From Candidatus Omnitrophota bacterium (lineage in GTDB: Bacteria; Omnitrophota; Gorgyraeia; Gygaellales; Profunditerraquicolaceae), in assembly GCA_041653115.1 (NCBI GenBank), contig JBAZGA010000007.1, positions 1,646 to 65,645 of the forward strand: a DNA stretch of 64,000 bases, written 5' to 3'. Under the pieces are notes generated by a model. It worked only from the letters and a program-made list of their open reading frames with translations, had not been told where the DNA came from and did no database searches. A program made the position numbers and the translations under genes. The stretch's first letter is position 1; each line of letters opens with the position of its first letter. Shown here piece after piece: positions 17,472 through 26,836 of this stretch.

Positions 17472-18552
17472 AGATTTTGCGCCTCACGACAGGGAAAGCA
17501 TTTCATCTGCGGGGATGGACCTCACGGAAGAGACGCGTTCAGCCAGTTTCCTGCAGCAGGATAATCAGGTAGAGGTTTACCGCAGCCTGATCGAGGGCGT
17601 AGAAATCATGGCTACCGAAGAGGCATTGAAGAAAATCCCCGAAGCCAGGGAATACTATGGCAGGAGCTTTGCCTCGCTGGGAAGGGAGTACCCGCAGGAT
17701 ACTATCGGCGGATATTTTATCCGCGTGAAAAAAGGCAAGACCGTGGAGCTGCCGATTCAGGCCTGCCTTTTTTTGAAGGCCCAGGGATTCAAGCAGAAAG
17801 TACATAACCTGATTATTATCGAAGAGGGAGCGCGGGTTTATTTGATTACCGGCTGCTCTGCTTCCCGGGCAGCGGATGAAGGTTTCCATCTGGGAATTTC
17901 TGAGTTTTTTGTGCATAAGGGCGCTTACCTGAATTTTACGATGATTCACTCTTGGAAGGAAGATGTTTCCGTAAAGCCCATCAGCATTGCCTTGGTGGAC
18001 GGAGGAGCGAGCTTTATTTCCAATTACGTGTGCCTGCGCCCGGTGAAAGAGATTACGATGTATCCGACTGCCGTATTACAAGGCGAAAATGCCCGCGCCA
18101 GCTTTAATTCGCTTATTCTTTCGCATCCGAATTCGTTACAAGACATCGGTTCGAGAGTAATTTTAAGGGCCGATAAAACCCAGGCAGAGATTATTGCCCG
18201 GGCAGTAAGCCTGGGCGGGAAAGTGGTTGCCCGCGGGCACCTCAAGGCGGAAGCTAAAGAGGTCAAGGCGCATCTGGAGTGTCGGGGGTTGATTTTATCC
18301 GAAAAAGGCACTATCCACGCCATCCCGGAGATGGAGTCGGATTTTCGCGACGTAGATATGTCGCACGAAGCAGCGATAGGTAAAATCAACAAGGAAGAAA
18401 TAGAGTACTTATGCACCCGCGGCTTTACCACAGAAGAGGCGCAGTCGCTGATTGTGCGCGGGTTTATGGATGTGGACGTTTTAGCATTGCCTGAATTATT
18501 AAAAGAAGAAATTAAGACGATTGAAGATAAATCACTGGGGGGCAGCTTCTGA
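17449..18552 (+). CDS. sufB: Fe-S cluster assembly scaffold SufB/SufD family
   Basis: beta-helix SufBD-like repeats; overlaps sufC 3' end; start chosen at ATG 17449. Confidence 0.6.
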   Translation: MSQKGWNKDFAPHDRESISSAGMDLTEETRSASFLQQDNQVEVYRSLIEGVEIMATEEALKKIPEAREYYGRSFASLGREYPQDTIGGYFIRVKKGKTVELPIQACLFLKAQGFKQKVHNLIIIEEGARVYLITGCSASRAADEGFHLGISEFFVHKGAYLNFTMIHSWKEDVSVKPISIALVDGGASFISNYVCLRPVKEITMYPTAVLQGENARASFNSLILSHPNSLQDIGSRVILRADKTQAEIIARAVSLGGKVVARGHLKAEAKEVKAHLECRGLILSEKGTIHAIPEMESDFRDVDMSHEAAIGKINKEEIEYLCTRGFTTEEAQSLIVRGFMDVDVLALPELLKEEIKTIEDKSLGGSF

Positions 18553-19493
18553 TGCTGAAGCCGAAAGTATCGATTATTGGCGCAGGTAATGTCGGGATGA
18601 GATATGCTTACAGCTTGATGATGAGCGGCCTGGCCCGTTCGATAGTTATTTTTGATTTGGATAAGCAGCGCGCCGAAGGAGAGGTGCTGGATTTGGCCAG
18701 CGGCATGCCTTATGTTTCTCCGGTAGAAATAGCAGTCGGTGACTATCCGGATTTAAAAGATTCGGATTTAATCGTAATTACCGCGGGCAAAAAACAGAAA
18801 CCCGGCCAGACAAGGTTAGAGCTGGTTAAAGATAACGTCGCTGTCTATAAGAGCATTATCCCGCAGATCATGCGTTATGCGCCGGAAGCTCCGCTTCTGG
18901 TTGTCAGCAACCCCGTGGATATTCTTTCTTATACGGCTTACAAAATTTCCGGGAAGCCGTGGCAGGAGGTTATCGGCTCGGGAACGGTCTTAGACAGCGC
19001 GCGCTTAAGGTTTCTTTTATCCCGGCATTGCAATATAGATTCCCGCAATATCCACGCTTATATCTTAGGCGAACACGGAGACAGCGAATTTCCGGTATGG
19101 AGCAAGGCGATGTTCGGAGGGGCATTGCTCGGGAATTATTGCGCTTCCTGTAAAAAATGCAATAACAGCGAAGAGCTGGATAAGATATTTATGGATGTGC
19201 GGGATTACGCCTACAAAATCATCGAAAAAAAACAGGAGACATCTTACGGCATCGGTTTGGCGCTGGTCAGGATAAGCGAGGCCGTCTTAAAAGACGAAAA
19301 CTCGATTTTGCCGGTTTCCTGTCTCGTAGAAGACTATTACGGGATAAACGATATATATATGAGCCTGCCTGCCGTAGTGAATAAGAGCGGCTTAAGAGAG
19401 GTATTTTACATCGAGCTGAATGACAAAGAAACAGGTTTGCTCCAGAAATCAGCAGAGGCCTTAAGGCAGGTGATAAAGGAATTAGGCTTATGA
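18552..19493 (+). CDS. ldh: L-lactate dehydrogenase (LDH/MDH family, Gln at substrate-specificity position)
   Basis: IIGAGNVG Rossmann, GEHGDS, ITAGKKQKPGQTR. Confidence 0.7.
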   Translation: MLKPKVSIIGAGNVGMRYAYSLMMSGLARSIVIFDLDKQRAEGEVLDLASGMPYVSPVEIAVGDYPDLKDSDLIVITAGKKQKPGQTRLELVKDNVAVYKSIIPQIMRYAPEAPLLVVSNPVDILSYTAYKISGKPWQEVIGSGTVLDSARLRFLLSRHCNIDSRNIHAYILGEHGDSEFPVWSKAMFGGALLGNYCASCKKCNNSEELDKIFMDVRDYAYKIIEKKQETSYGIGLALVRISEAVLKDENSILPVSCLVEDYYGINDIYMSLPAVVNKSGLREVFYIELNDKETGLLQKSAEALRQVIKELGL

Positions 19494-20200
19494 GAGAAAT
19501 CCGGCTGCGCTTGGCAGAGAGGATAAAAAGGACAGAGACGATAGAAAGCTTCAGATTTATTCCCCAGGAAAAAATAGAATTTATGCCGGGGCAGTTCCTG
19601 CAGCTTATCTTTGACGAAGCCGGCCGCGCCAATCCGGGATTAAACAAGTATCTTTCTTTTTCTTCTTCTCCTGCGAAAGACTATGTTGAGGTTACCAAGC
19701 GCTTGAGCGAAAGCAGCTTTTCTCAGAGGCTGAAAAATTTAAAGATTGATGACAACGTCTTATGCAAAGCGCCTCTGGGCAGTTGCGTCTTCAGGGAGAG
19801 TTATGAGAAAATAGGGTTTTTAATCGGAGGCATCGGGATAACTCCGGTAATTGCCATCATTGAATATATCATTGATAAAAAATTACCTACCGACGTATCC
19901 CTGCTTTATTCAAACCGCGACGAACCGGAGATAGCCTTTAAAAAAGAGCTGGATTACTGGCAGGCGATAAATAAAAAAATAAAAGTTTTTTATACTGTGA
20001 CCGACTGTGAACCAAAAGATAAGAATTGCCTCTTCGGCAGGATAGATAAAGAAATGTTTTTGGCTAAGGTAGAGGATACCGGAGAACGCGCCTTTTTTAT
20101 TTTCGGGCCGCCGCGGATGGTAGAAGCGATGGCTGCCTTATGCTTGCAGGTAGGGTGTAAGGAAGAAAATATCAGAAAAGAAAGCTTTATCGGTTATTAA
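19490..20200 (+). CDS. FNR-like FAD/NAD(P)-binding oxidoreductase (ferredoxin reductase-type)
   Basis: RxYS-like FAD motif (KYLSFSS), GGIGITP NAD(P) motif. Confidence 0.55.
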   Translation: MREIRLRLAERIKRTETIESFRFIPQEKIEFMPGQFLQLIFDEAGRANPGLNKYLSFSSSPAKDYVEVTKRLSESSFSQRLKNLKIDDNVLCKAPLGSCVFRESYEKIGFLIGGIGITPVIAIIEYIIDKKLPTDVSLLYSNRDEPEIAFKKELDYWQAINKKIKVFYTVTDCEPKDKNCLFGRIDKEMFLAKVEDTGERAFFIFGPPRMVEAMAALCLQVGCKEENIRKESFIGY

Positions 20201-20208
20201 AAAAGGAG

Positions 20209-20529
20209 GTGTTTATGTGCATGGGAGGATTTAAGGCAATGGGCTTATTGGCGATGATTCCGGCAGCGCTGTTATTGACGGTGAGTTTCTTTGTTTTGTT
20301 TACTTTGCGCAAAGTAGAAAGCCGGGGTCTGAAAGTATTCGGTTACGTGGTAGCGGCGTTTCTTTGGCTGGCTGCCTTGCTGGTAGTTTCGGTAGGAGGT
20401 TATCGCTTGACTACGGGACGTTACCCGATGAGGCCGATGATGCAAAAGATGATGCCAGGCCAGATGCGCGGGATGAGCCTGGACCGGCAGATGCCTGCGA
20501 TGATGCATGAGCAAACAGAAAGGAAATAG
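20209..20529 (+). CDS. small membrane protein with Met-rich C-terminal tail
   Basis: 2 TM helices, tail MRPMMQKMMPGQMRGMSLDRQMPAMMH. Confidence 0.4.
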   Translation: MFMCMGGFKAMGLLAMIPAALLLTVSFFVLFTLRKVESRGLKVFGYVVAAFLWLAALLVVSVGGYRLTTGRYPMRPMMQKMMPGQMRGMSLDRQMPAMMHEQTERK

Positions 20530-20551
20530 CCGGAGCCCCAAGGAGACGGAA

Positions 20552-21427
20552 ATGATAGATGAAAAACTAAAAAATAAAATTTTAACGATACAAAAGAACG
20601 AGATCAGCGAGAAATTCATCTATCAGCGGCTGGCCGGGATGAGCAGGGATAAAGAACAAAGCGCTATTTTGGAAAACATCGCCAATGAAGAGGCCGTGCA
20701 TTACGGCCTCTTCAAGTCGCTTAGCGGTGAAGAGGTTGCTCCGGACAGGCTGAAGTCCTGGTTTTATATATTTATCTGCAGGGTTTTCGGACTGACTTTC
20801 GGCCTGAAGCTGATGGAAAGAGGCGAGGAATCGGCGCAGGCTGTTTATGAGCGGATAAAGACGGTATCGCCGGATATTGATATTGAAAAAATAATCCAGG
20901 ATGAAAATGCCCACGAAAATCAGCTGATTGGTTTAATTGACGAAGAGCGCCTGAGATACGTCAGCTCGATTGTGCTGGGCTTAAACGACGCCCTGGTAGA
21001 ATTAACCGGCGCCCTGGTAGGATTTACCCTCGCTTTACAGAATACCAGGCTCGTCGGTATTGTCGGGCTGATTACCGGCATTGCCGCTTCCCTATCGATG
21101 GCGGCTTCCGAATACCTCTCTACAAAACAGGAGGAAAGCAAAAAAAGCCCGCTGAAAGCCAGCATCTATACCGGCCTTGCCTATGTGGGGACGGTAATTG
21201 CCCTGATTCTGCCGTACCTTGTTTTTAAAAATATCTATCTTTGCCTGGGCTTTGTGATTGGAGTCGCGCTTCTGGTAATTTTGATTTTCACTTATTATAT
21301 CTCCGTAGCCAAAGAATTAGATTTCAAAAAAAGGTTCTTAGAGATGGCCGGCATCAGTTTAGGCGTGGCGGCAATTAATTTTATCATCGGCTTGATTATC
21401 AGGAATGTATTTGGAATTGAGGTTTAA
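20552..21427 (+). CDS. membrane-bound ferritin-like/VIT1(CCC1) fusion (MbfA-like iron exporter)
   Basis: N-terminal ferritin-like/rubrerythrin-type helices with Glu/His pairs, C-terminal VIT1-type TM domain; start moved to ATG with AAGGAG RBS. Confidence 0.65.
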   Translation: MIDEKLKNKILTIQKNEISEKFIYQRLAGMSRDKEQSAILENIANEEAVHYGLFKSLSGEEVAPDRLKSWFYIFICRVFGLTFGLKLMERGEESAQAVYERIKTVSPDIDIEKIIQDENAHENQLIGLIDEERLRYVSSIVLGLNDALVELTGALVGFTLALQNTRLVGIVGLITGIAASLSMAASEYLSTKQEESKKSPLKASIYTGLAYVGTVIALILPYLVFKNIYLCLGFVIGVALLVILIFTYYISVAKELDFKKRFLEMAGISLGVAAINFIIGLIIRNVFGIEV

Positions 21428-21439
21428 ACGGAGAAAACG

Positions 21440-22297
21440 ATGACAAGAAGCGTAAGATTTAAAGGCGATCCTTTAACTCTGGTAGGCAGAGGCCTGAAGA
21501 TAAATGACCCCGCCGCTGATTTCCGGGTAGTGTCGCCGGATTTAAAAGAGATAAATCTTAAGGATTTTGCGGGCAAGATAAAACTGATAACTTCTTTCCC
21601 GTCGCTGGATACGCCGGTTTGCGATTTACAGGTAAAGGAATTCAATAAAAGGGCAGCCGGCCTCGCGAAAGAGATAGCGGTGATAGCAGTCAGCAAAGAC
21701 CTGCCTTTTGCGCAAAAAAGATTCTGCGATTCCTTTGATATCAGGAATGTTACCCTTGCCTCCGACTATAAATTTTCTTCTTTCGGGATAAACTACGGGC
21801 TCTTGATTAAGGAATTGAACCTTTTGGCCCGGGCAGTGGTGATTGTGGATAAAAACGACAGAGTAAGATACGTCCAAATCGTCGGGGAGCTGACTTCTCC
21901 CCCTGATTATCAGGATGCCTTAAAGGCCCTGGAAGAGGTAATCAAAAATCCTCTATCATCTCTAGGAGAAGAGATACCTGCCAAATGTAAACCCTGCGCA
22001 GAGGGAACGCCGCCGTTACCCAAAGAAAGAATAGAAGAATTGCTCGCTCAATACCGGGGTTGGGCATTGGTTGAAGAAAAGAAATTGGTAAAGGAATTCA
22101 GGTTCAAGGATTTTCTTGAGGCGAAGTATTTTTTAAACCTGATCGCGCTGGTAGCCGAAGAACAAGGGCATCACCCGACGCTGACGATAATCTATAATAA
22201 GTTAAAGGTAACTTTAACTACGCATGCCGCAGGCGGGCTGACCGATAACGATTTTATTATGGCCAGGATTATTGATGAAGTGGGAGGCGTTACATAA
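21440..22297 (+). CDS. tpx: thiol peroxidase (Tpx, AhpC/TSA family) fused to pterin-4a-carbinolamine dehydratase (PCD/DCoH) domain
   Basis: FPSLDTPVCDLQ peroxidatic Cys region; C-terminal EEQGHHPTLTIIYNKLKVTLTTH matching PCD signature. Confidence 0.7.
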   Translation: MTRSVRFKGDPLTLVGRGLKINDPAADFRVVSPDLKEINLKDFAGKIKLITSFPSLDTPVCDLQVKEFNKRAAGLAKEIAVIAVSKDLPFAQKRFCDSFDIRNVTLASDYKFSSFGINYGLLIKELNLLARAVVIVDKNDRVRYVQIVGELTSPPDYQDALKALEEVIKNPLSSLGEEIPAKCKPCAEGTPPLPKERIEELLAQYRGWALVEEKKLVKEFRFKDFLEAKYFLNLIALVAEEQGHHPTLTIIYNKLKVTLTTHAAGGLTDNDFIMARIIDEVGGVT

Positions 22298-22312
22298 AAA
22301 AGGAGGTTTACT

Positions 22313-22471
22313 ATGGCAAAACTTAAAAGAGGGCAGAAATTGGTTTGTATCCCTTGCGGAAGAGAGGTAGCTGTGGATTGCTGCGGGCTTTCCACCTCAA
22401 CTATTTGGTGCTGCGGAAAGCCGATGCGCAAAAAGACAGCCGCCAGAAAAAGGCCGCGAAAAGGTAGTTAA
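22313..22471 (+). CDS. 52-aa Cys-rich basic protein (CxxC, CC, CC motifs)
   Basis: SD AAAGGAGG 7 nt upstream; MAKLKRGQKLVCIPCGREVAVDCCGLSTSTIWCCGKPMRKK...; below ORF-track cutoff. Confidence 0.35.
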   Translation: MAKLKRGQKLVCIPCGREVAVDCCGLSTSTIWCCGKPMRKKTAARKRPRKGS

Positions 22472-22560
22472 AGGCGGTTAAGAAAAAGCTTAAAGAATTC
22501 TTTTCTTTGTATTATACTAAGAGGCGGGTTTTTTGCCGTAATTAAAAAAAGGAGCAAGGC

Positions 22561-22719
22561 GTGGCTAAATATCGTTGTACCGTCTGTGGTTATATCTATG
22601 ACCCGCAAGCCGGAGATCCGGCTAACGGGATAAAGCCCGGCACCGCCTTTGAGAGTTTGCCGGATACCTGGGTCTGCCCCGAATGCGGGGTGGCTAAGGA
22701 TATGTTTGAGAAAATATAG
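22561..22719 (+). CDS. rub: rubredoxin (GTG start)
   Basis: [10 protein letters not shown] ... WVCPECG two CxxCG knuckles; AAAGGAG RBS; not in ORF track. Confidence 0.8.
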   Translation: MAKYRCTVCGYIYDPQAGDPANGIKPGTAFESLPDTWVCPECGVAKDMFEKI

Positions 22720-22720
22720 G

Positions 22721-23176
22721 ATGAAGAAGCCCTCGGAAGAGATAGTGCGTTTTTTACAAAATCAGGGTTTTGTGGTTGTTTCTACTATTGATAAAAAAGG
22801 CTACCCGCACAATTCCTGTAAAGGCATTCTGGAAATAGATAAAGAGGGCAGGGTCTATTTACTTGATCTTTATCGCGGTAATACCTACGCTAATCTAAAG
22901 AGGGACCCGCGCATCAGTATCACCGCGGTTGACGAGCATAAATTTAAAGGTTATTGCCTGAAAGGCAAAGCAGAGATAGTTGCCGGCGAGAATCTGGATT
23001 CCGAAATGATAAAAGCCTGGGAAACAAGGCTTACCGCGAGAATAACGCAGCGGCTCCTGAAGAACCTGCGTGAAGAAAAAGGGCACCCCCGGCATCCCGA
23101 GGCGCTTTTGCCTAAGCCGGAATATATGATTGTCATGAAGGTTGATGAAGTAATTAATCTCGCTCCCTCAATTTAA
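22721..23176 (+). CDS. pyridoxamine-5'-phosphate-oxidase-like FMN-binding protein (start at internal ATG after rubredoxin stop)
   Basis: split-barrel PNPOx-like pattern; ATG 1 nt after rubredoxin TAG. Confidence 0.55.
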   Translation: MKKPSEEIVRFLQNQGFVVVSTIDKKGYPHNSCKGILEIDKEGRVYLLDLYRGNTYANLKRDPRISITAVDEHKFKGYCLKGKAEIVAGENLDSEMIKAWETRLTARITQRLLKNLREEKGHPRHPEALLPKPEYMIVMKVDEVINLAPSI

Positions 23177-23190
23177 AAAGGAGAAGGAAG

Positions 23191-23427
23191 ATGGCCAGTA
23201 AGGTATTAGTTTACAGCACTCCCACCTGCCCTTATTGTATCCGGGCAAAGCAATTCTTGGATGAAAACAAGATCCCCTTTGAGAACTTCGATGTTTCTAC
23301 CGACCAGGAGAAAGCGGAAGAGATGATTCGGAAATCCGGACAGATGGGTGTTCCGGTTCTGGAGATTGACGGCAAGATTATCGTCGGGTTTGACAAGGAA
23401 AGGATAAAACAGGCACTGGGAATCTAA
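23191..23427 (+). CDS. grx: glutaredoxin (CPYC active site)
   Basis: YSTPTCPYC, GVPVLEIDG. Confidence 0.75.
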   Translation: MASKVLVYSTPTCPYCIRAKQFLDENKIPFENFDVSTDQEKAEEMIRKSGQMGVPVLEIDGKIIVGFDKERIKQALGI

Positions 23428-23439
23428 AGGGTCAAAAGA

Positions 23440-25119
23440 ATGAAGAAAACTTTACGCGTTGCCTTAGCGCAAATCAATTGCACAGTCGGAGATTTAGAAG
23501 GTAATTGCCGGAAAATCGGCGAATATATCGGCAGTGCCGAAGGGCACGGAGCGGATATCATCGCATTCCCCGAACTGGCAGTTACCGGGTATCCTCCCGA
23601 AGATCTTTTGCTTAAGCCCAAATTTATCGCCGATAACCTGGAGAACTTAGAAAAGTTAGCCCGCTCGATAAAAAAAGTTGCGGCGATAGTGGGTTTTGTG
23701 GACAGGCAGGGCAAGTTCCTCTATAATGCGGCAGCGGTAATTTATGACGGTAAGATTAGGGGTATCTACCGCAAGATGCTTTTACCTAATTACGGCGTTT
23801 TTGACGAGAAGCGCTATTTTACTCCCGGGGAAAATCCCGCGGTATTTAAATTCGGGGAGTTTATTTTTGGCGTGAATATCTGCGAAGACATCTGGCATCA
23901 GAACGGCCCTATACGTCAGCAGGCCTTATCAGGAGCCGGTCTCATCCTGAATATCAATGCTTCCCCTTATTATGCCGGAAGGATTAAAGAAAGAGAAGCG
24001 ATTGTCCGCAGGCAAGCCAGGGATAACCGTCTGTTTATTGTTTATACCAATTTAGTCGGAGGCCAGGACGAATTGGTTTTCGACGGCCAGAGTATGGTCG
24101 TAGATAAACAGGGCAAAGTGGTTGCTCGGTTAGAGGCGCTGAAGGAAGACTTGTTGGCGGTAGATTTGGAGATACCTGCCAAGCGGCTTAAGCCCAAGAA
24201 AAGAATCATTGCCATTGCCGATAAACAGCCGTTTAAAAACAAAATTCCGTTACCTCGGAGGAAAGTCAAGCCGCTTGCTCCGGCAGCAGAAGTTTATCAG
24301 GCTTTAACCCTGGGCCTGGCTGATTATGTCGGGAAGAACGGTTTTAAGAAAGTAGTGCTGGGCTTAAGCGGAGGCATTGATTCCAGCCTCGTCGCCGCAT
24401 TGGCCGTGGACGCCCTGGGCAAAGAGAATGTGGTTGGGGTATTCCTGCCTTCGCGCTATTCATCAGCCGAATCCGCTTCCGATGCCAAGCAATTAGCGGG
24501 AAATTTAGGCATTAAATTTAGCACCATTTCCATTGAAGAAATATACCGGGTTTACCTCGGCGTATTAGAGCCTCATTTTTCCGGCCGGGAGGAAAATATA
24601 ACCGAAGAAAATTTGCAGTCGCGCATCAGGGGTAATCTCCTGATGGCGCTCTCCAATAAGTTCGGGTGGCTGGTTTTAGCCACGGGCAATAAATCCGAGA
24701 TGAGCACGGGTTACGCCACGCTTTACGGAGATATGGCAGGAGGTTTTGCGGTCTTAAAAGATGTCCCGAAAATCTTGGTTTACGCATTGACCAGATACAG
24801 GAACTCAATCGGCAGAGTTATACCGGAACGCGTCTTAACCAAGGAACCGACAGCAGAGCTTAAGCCGAACCAGAAAGATACCGACACCCTCCCTGCTTAT
24901 GAAACGCTGGATGCTATTTTAAAGGCTTACATTGAAGAAGACAAGGATTTGGCGAAAATTATTTCCCTGGGCTTTGCAGGAGAAACCGCGAGAGAAGTAA
25001 TCCGCATGGTGGATAGAAGCGAGTATAAGCGCCGCCAATCGCCGCCGGGGATTAAGATTACTTATAAAGCCTTCGGCAAAGACAGAAGGATGCCGATTAC
25101 CAACAGGTACAGAGTGTGA
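23440..25119 (+). CDS. nadE: glutamine-dependent NAD+ synthetase (nitrilase domain + NAD synthetase domain)
   Basis: N-terminal CN-hydrolase with catalytic C in NICEDIW, C-terminal SGGIDSS PP-loop. Confidence 0.85.
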   Translation: MKKTLRVALAQINCTVGDLEGNCRKIGEYIGSAEGHGADIIAFPELAVTGYPPEDLLLKPKFIADNLENLEKLARSIKKVAAIVGFVDRQGKFLYNAAAVIYDGKIRGIYRKMLLPNYGVFDEKRYFTPGENPAVFKFGEFIFGVNICEDIWHQNGPIRQQALSGAGLILNINASPYYAGRIKEREAIVRRQARDNRLFIVYTNLVGGQDELVFDGQSMVVDKQGKVVARLEALKEDLLAVDLEIPAKRLKPKKRIIAIADKQPFKNKIPLPRRKVKPLAPAAEVYQALTLGLADYVGKNGFKKVVLGLSGGIDSSLVAALAVDALGKENVVGVFLPSRYSSAESASDAKQLAGNLGIKFSTISIEEIYRVYLGVLEPHFSGREENITEENLQSRIRGNLLMALSNKFGWLVLATGNKSEMSTGYATLYGDMAGGFAVLKDVPKILVYALTRYRNSIGRVIPERVLTKEPTAELKPNQKDTDTLPAYETLDAILKAYIEEDKDLAKIISLGFAGETAREVIRMVDRSEYKRRQSPPGIKITYKAFGKDRRMPITNRYRV

Positions 25120-25150
25120 TGGTTAATCTAAAAAAATCTTATTTTTTTAC

Positions 25151-25178
25151 TTGACAAAATTTATTTTTCAGTTATACT
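25151..25178 (+). promoter_or_regulatory. sigma70-like promoter TTGACA-16-TATACT upstream of second Rrf2 gene, followed by ATAATAGAG/ATAATAGAC direct repeat
   Basis: hexamers read directly from sequence. Confidence 0.4.
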
Positions 25179-25214
25179 CTACTAATATAATAGAGATAAT
25201 AGACAATAAATAAG

Positions 25215-25655
25215 ATGCGCATTACTTATAAAGGCGATTACGCCTTAAAGACAATCTTGGATTTGAGCCTGCATTACGGCAATGGGCCGGTTTTTATTCA
25301 TGATTTGGCTGAGCGCGCCGATATCCCGGAGAAATTTTTAGAGCAGATACTCCTGGATTTAAAAAGGGGCGGTTTTGTAGAAAGCAGGCGCGGCAAAGTC
25401 GGGGGGTATCTTTTGGCCAGGCCCCCTGCCCAGATAAAACTGGGAGAAGTCGTCCGTTTTATCGAGGGGCCGACTGAACCGATTGCCTGTACAGAAAAGG
25501 ATTACTCCGGCTGTAAAGACAAATATAAATGTGTCTTCAGGGGAATATGGCAGGAAATATCCAGAGCAACTTCGCAGATAATCGATAATATTACTTTTGA
25601 AGATTTGCGTAGAAAAACCGAGGTCCCCGGCTCGAGCTTTGTTTACCAGATTTAA
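25215..25655 (+). CDS. Rrf2-family regulator with 3 Cys (CymR/IscR-like) heading sulfur cluster
   Basis: GDYALKTIL wHTH, C-x7-C-x5-C. Confidence 0.7.
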   Translation: MRITYKGDYALKTILDLSLHYGNGPVFIHDLAERADIPEKFLEQILLDLKRGGFVESRRGKVGGYLLARPPAQIKLGEVVRFIEGPTEPIACTEKDYSGCKDKYKCVFRGIWQEISRATSQIIDNITFEDLRRKTEVPGSSFVYQI

Positions 25656-25666
25656 GCTAAAAAGAT

Positions 25667-26587
25667 ATGCCTAAGATTGCCCGTGATATTACAGAGTTAA
25701 TCGGGAATACTCCTTTGGTGAAATTAGAGAGGCTCGCCAAAGGCAGCCCTGCCACAGTAGCGGCGAAATTGGAATTCTTTAATCCCTGCTCTTCAGTCAA
25801 GGATAGAATCGGCTTGAGCATGATTGAAGCCGCGGAAAAAGCAGGCAAGATTAAAAAAGACACGCTTATTTTAGAGCCGACCTCGGGGAATACCGGAATC
25901 GCCCTGGCTTTTATCTCTGCGGTGAAAGGGTATAAGTTAGTCCTCACTATGCCGGAGACGATGAGTCTGGAGCGTCGGCAGCTTTTATCCGCTTTTGGCG
26001 CGGAAATTATCCTCACTCCGGGGGCTGAAGGGATGTCGGGCGCGGTAAGAAAAGCCGAAGAATTAGCCAGAAGCGATAAGCGTTATTTTATGCCGCAGCA
26101 GTTTAGAAATCCGGCAAACCCCGAGGCGCATCGTCGGACTACGGCCTGCGAGATTTGGGAAGATACGGACGGTAAAGTAGATATTTTAGTTGCGGGAGTG
26201 GGAACCGGTGGTACAATTACAGGCATAGCCGAGGCGATTAAGGCAAAGAAGCCGGCATTGCGCGCCGTTGCCGTTGAGCCCCAAGACTCGGCAGTCCTTT
26301 CCGGCGGAAGCCCCGGTGCGCATAAGATCCAGGGTATCGGCGCGGGCTTTATCCCCGAGGTGCTTAACAAAAAAATTATCGACGAGATAATCCGGGTTTC
26401 CAATGAAGAGGCAGTCGAGACCGCCAGAAGGCTGGCCAGGGAAGAAGGAATTTTAGCCGGTATTTCTTCGGGGGCAGCGGTTTTTGCGGCTCTGGAGATA
26501 GCAGGAAGAAAAGAGAATAAAGGTAAGCTGATTGTGGTGATTTTGCCGGATACCGGAGAGCGCTATCTGAGCGCTGAGTTATATTAG
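25667..26587 (+). CDS. cysK: cysteine synthase / O-acetylserine sulfhydrylase (PLP)
   Basis: SVKDRIG PLP-lysine motif, GTGGT loop. Confidence 0.85.
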   Translation: MPKIARDITELIGNTPLVKLERLAKGSPATVAAKLEFFNPCSSVKDRIGLSMIEAAEKAGKIKKDTLILEPTSGNTGIALAFISAVKGYKLVLTMPETMSLERRQLLSAFGAEIILTPGAEGMSGAVRKAEELARSDKRYFMPQQFRNPANPEAHRRTTACEIWEDTDGKVDILVAGVGTGGTITGIAEAIKAKKPALRAVAVEPQDSAVLSGGSPGAHKIQGIGAGFIPEVLNKKIIDEIIRVSNEEAVETARRLAREEGILAGISSGAAVFAALEIAGRKENKGKLIVVILPDTGERYLSAELY

Positions 26588-26601
26588 GGAGGGGGTGCCT
26601 G

Positions 26602-26823
26602 ATGAAAGAAAAAGTGGAGAAGGCTTTAGAGAAGATCCGTCCGATGCTCGTGGCTGACGGCGGAAACGTAGACCTGGTAGAAGTTACTAACGACGGCATT
26701 GTAAAATTAAAGCTGGCCGGGGCCTGCGGATGTTGCCCGATGTCTCAAATGACCCTGAAGATGGGGATTGAGAAGTTATTGAAAGAGGAAATACCGGAGA
26801 TAAAAGAGGTTATCGCTATATAA
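26602..26823 (+). CDS. nfu: NifU-like (Nfu) Fe-S carrier domain protein
   Basis: GACGCCPMS CxxC motif. Confidence 0.65.
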   Translation: MKEKVEKALEKIRPMLVADGGNVDLVEVTNDGIVKLKLAGACGCCPMSQMTLKMGIEKLLKEEIPEIKEVIAI

Positions 26824-26836
26824 TAGAGGTATAAGC

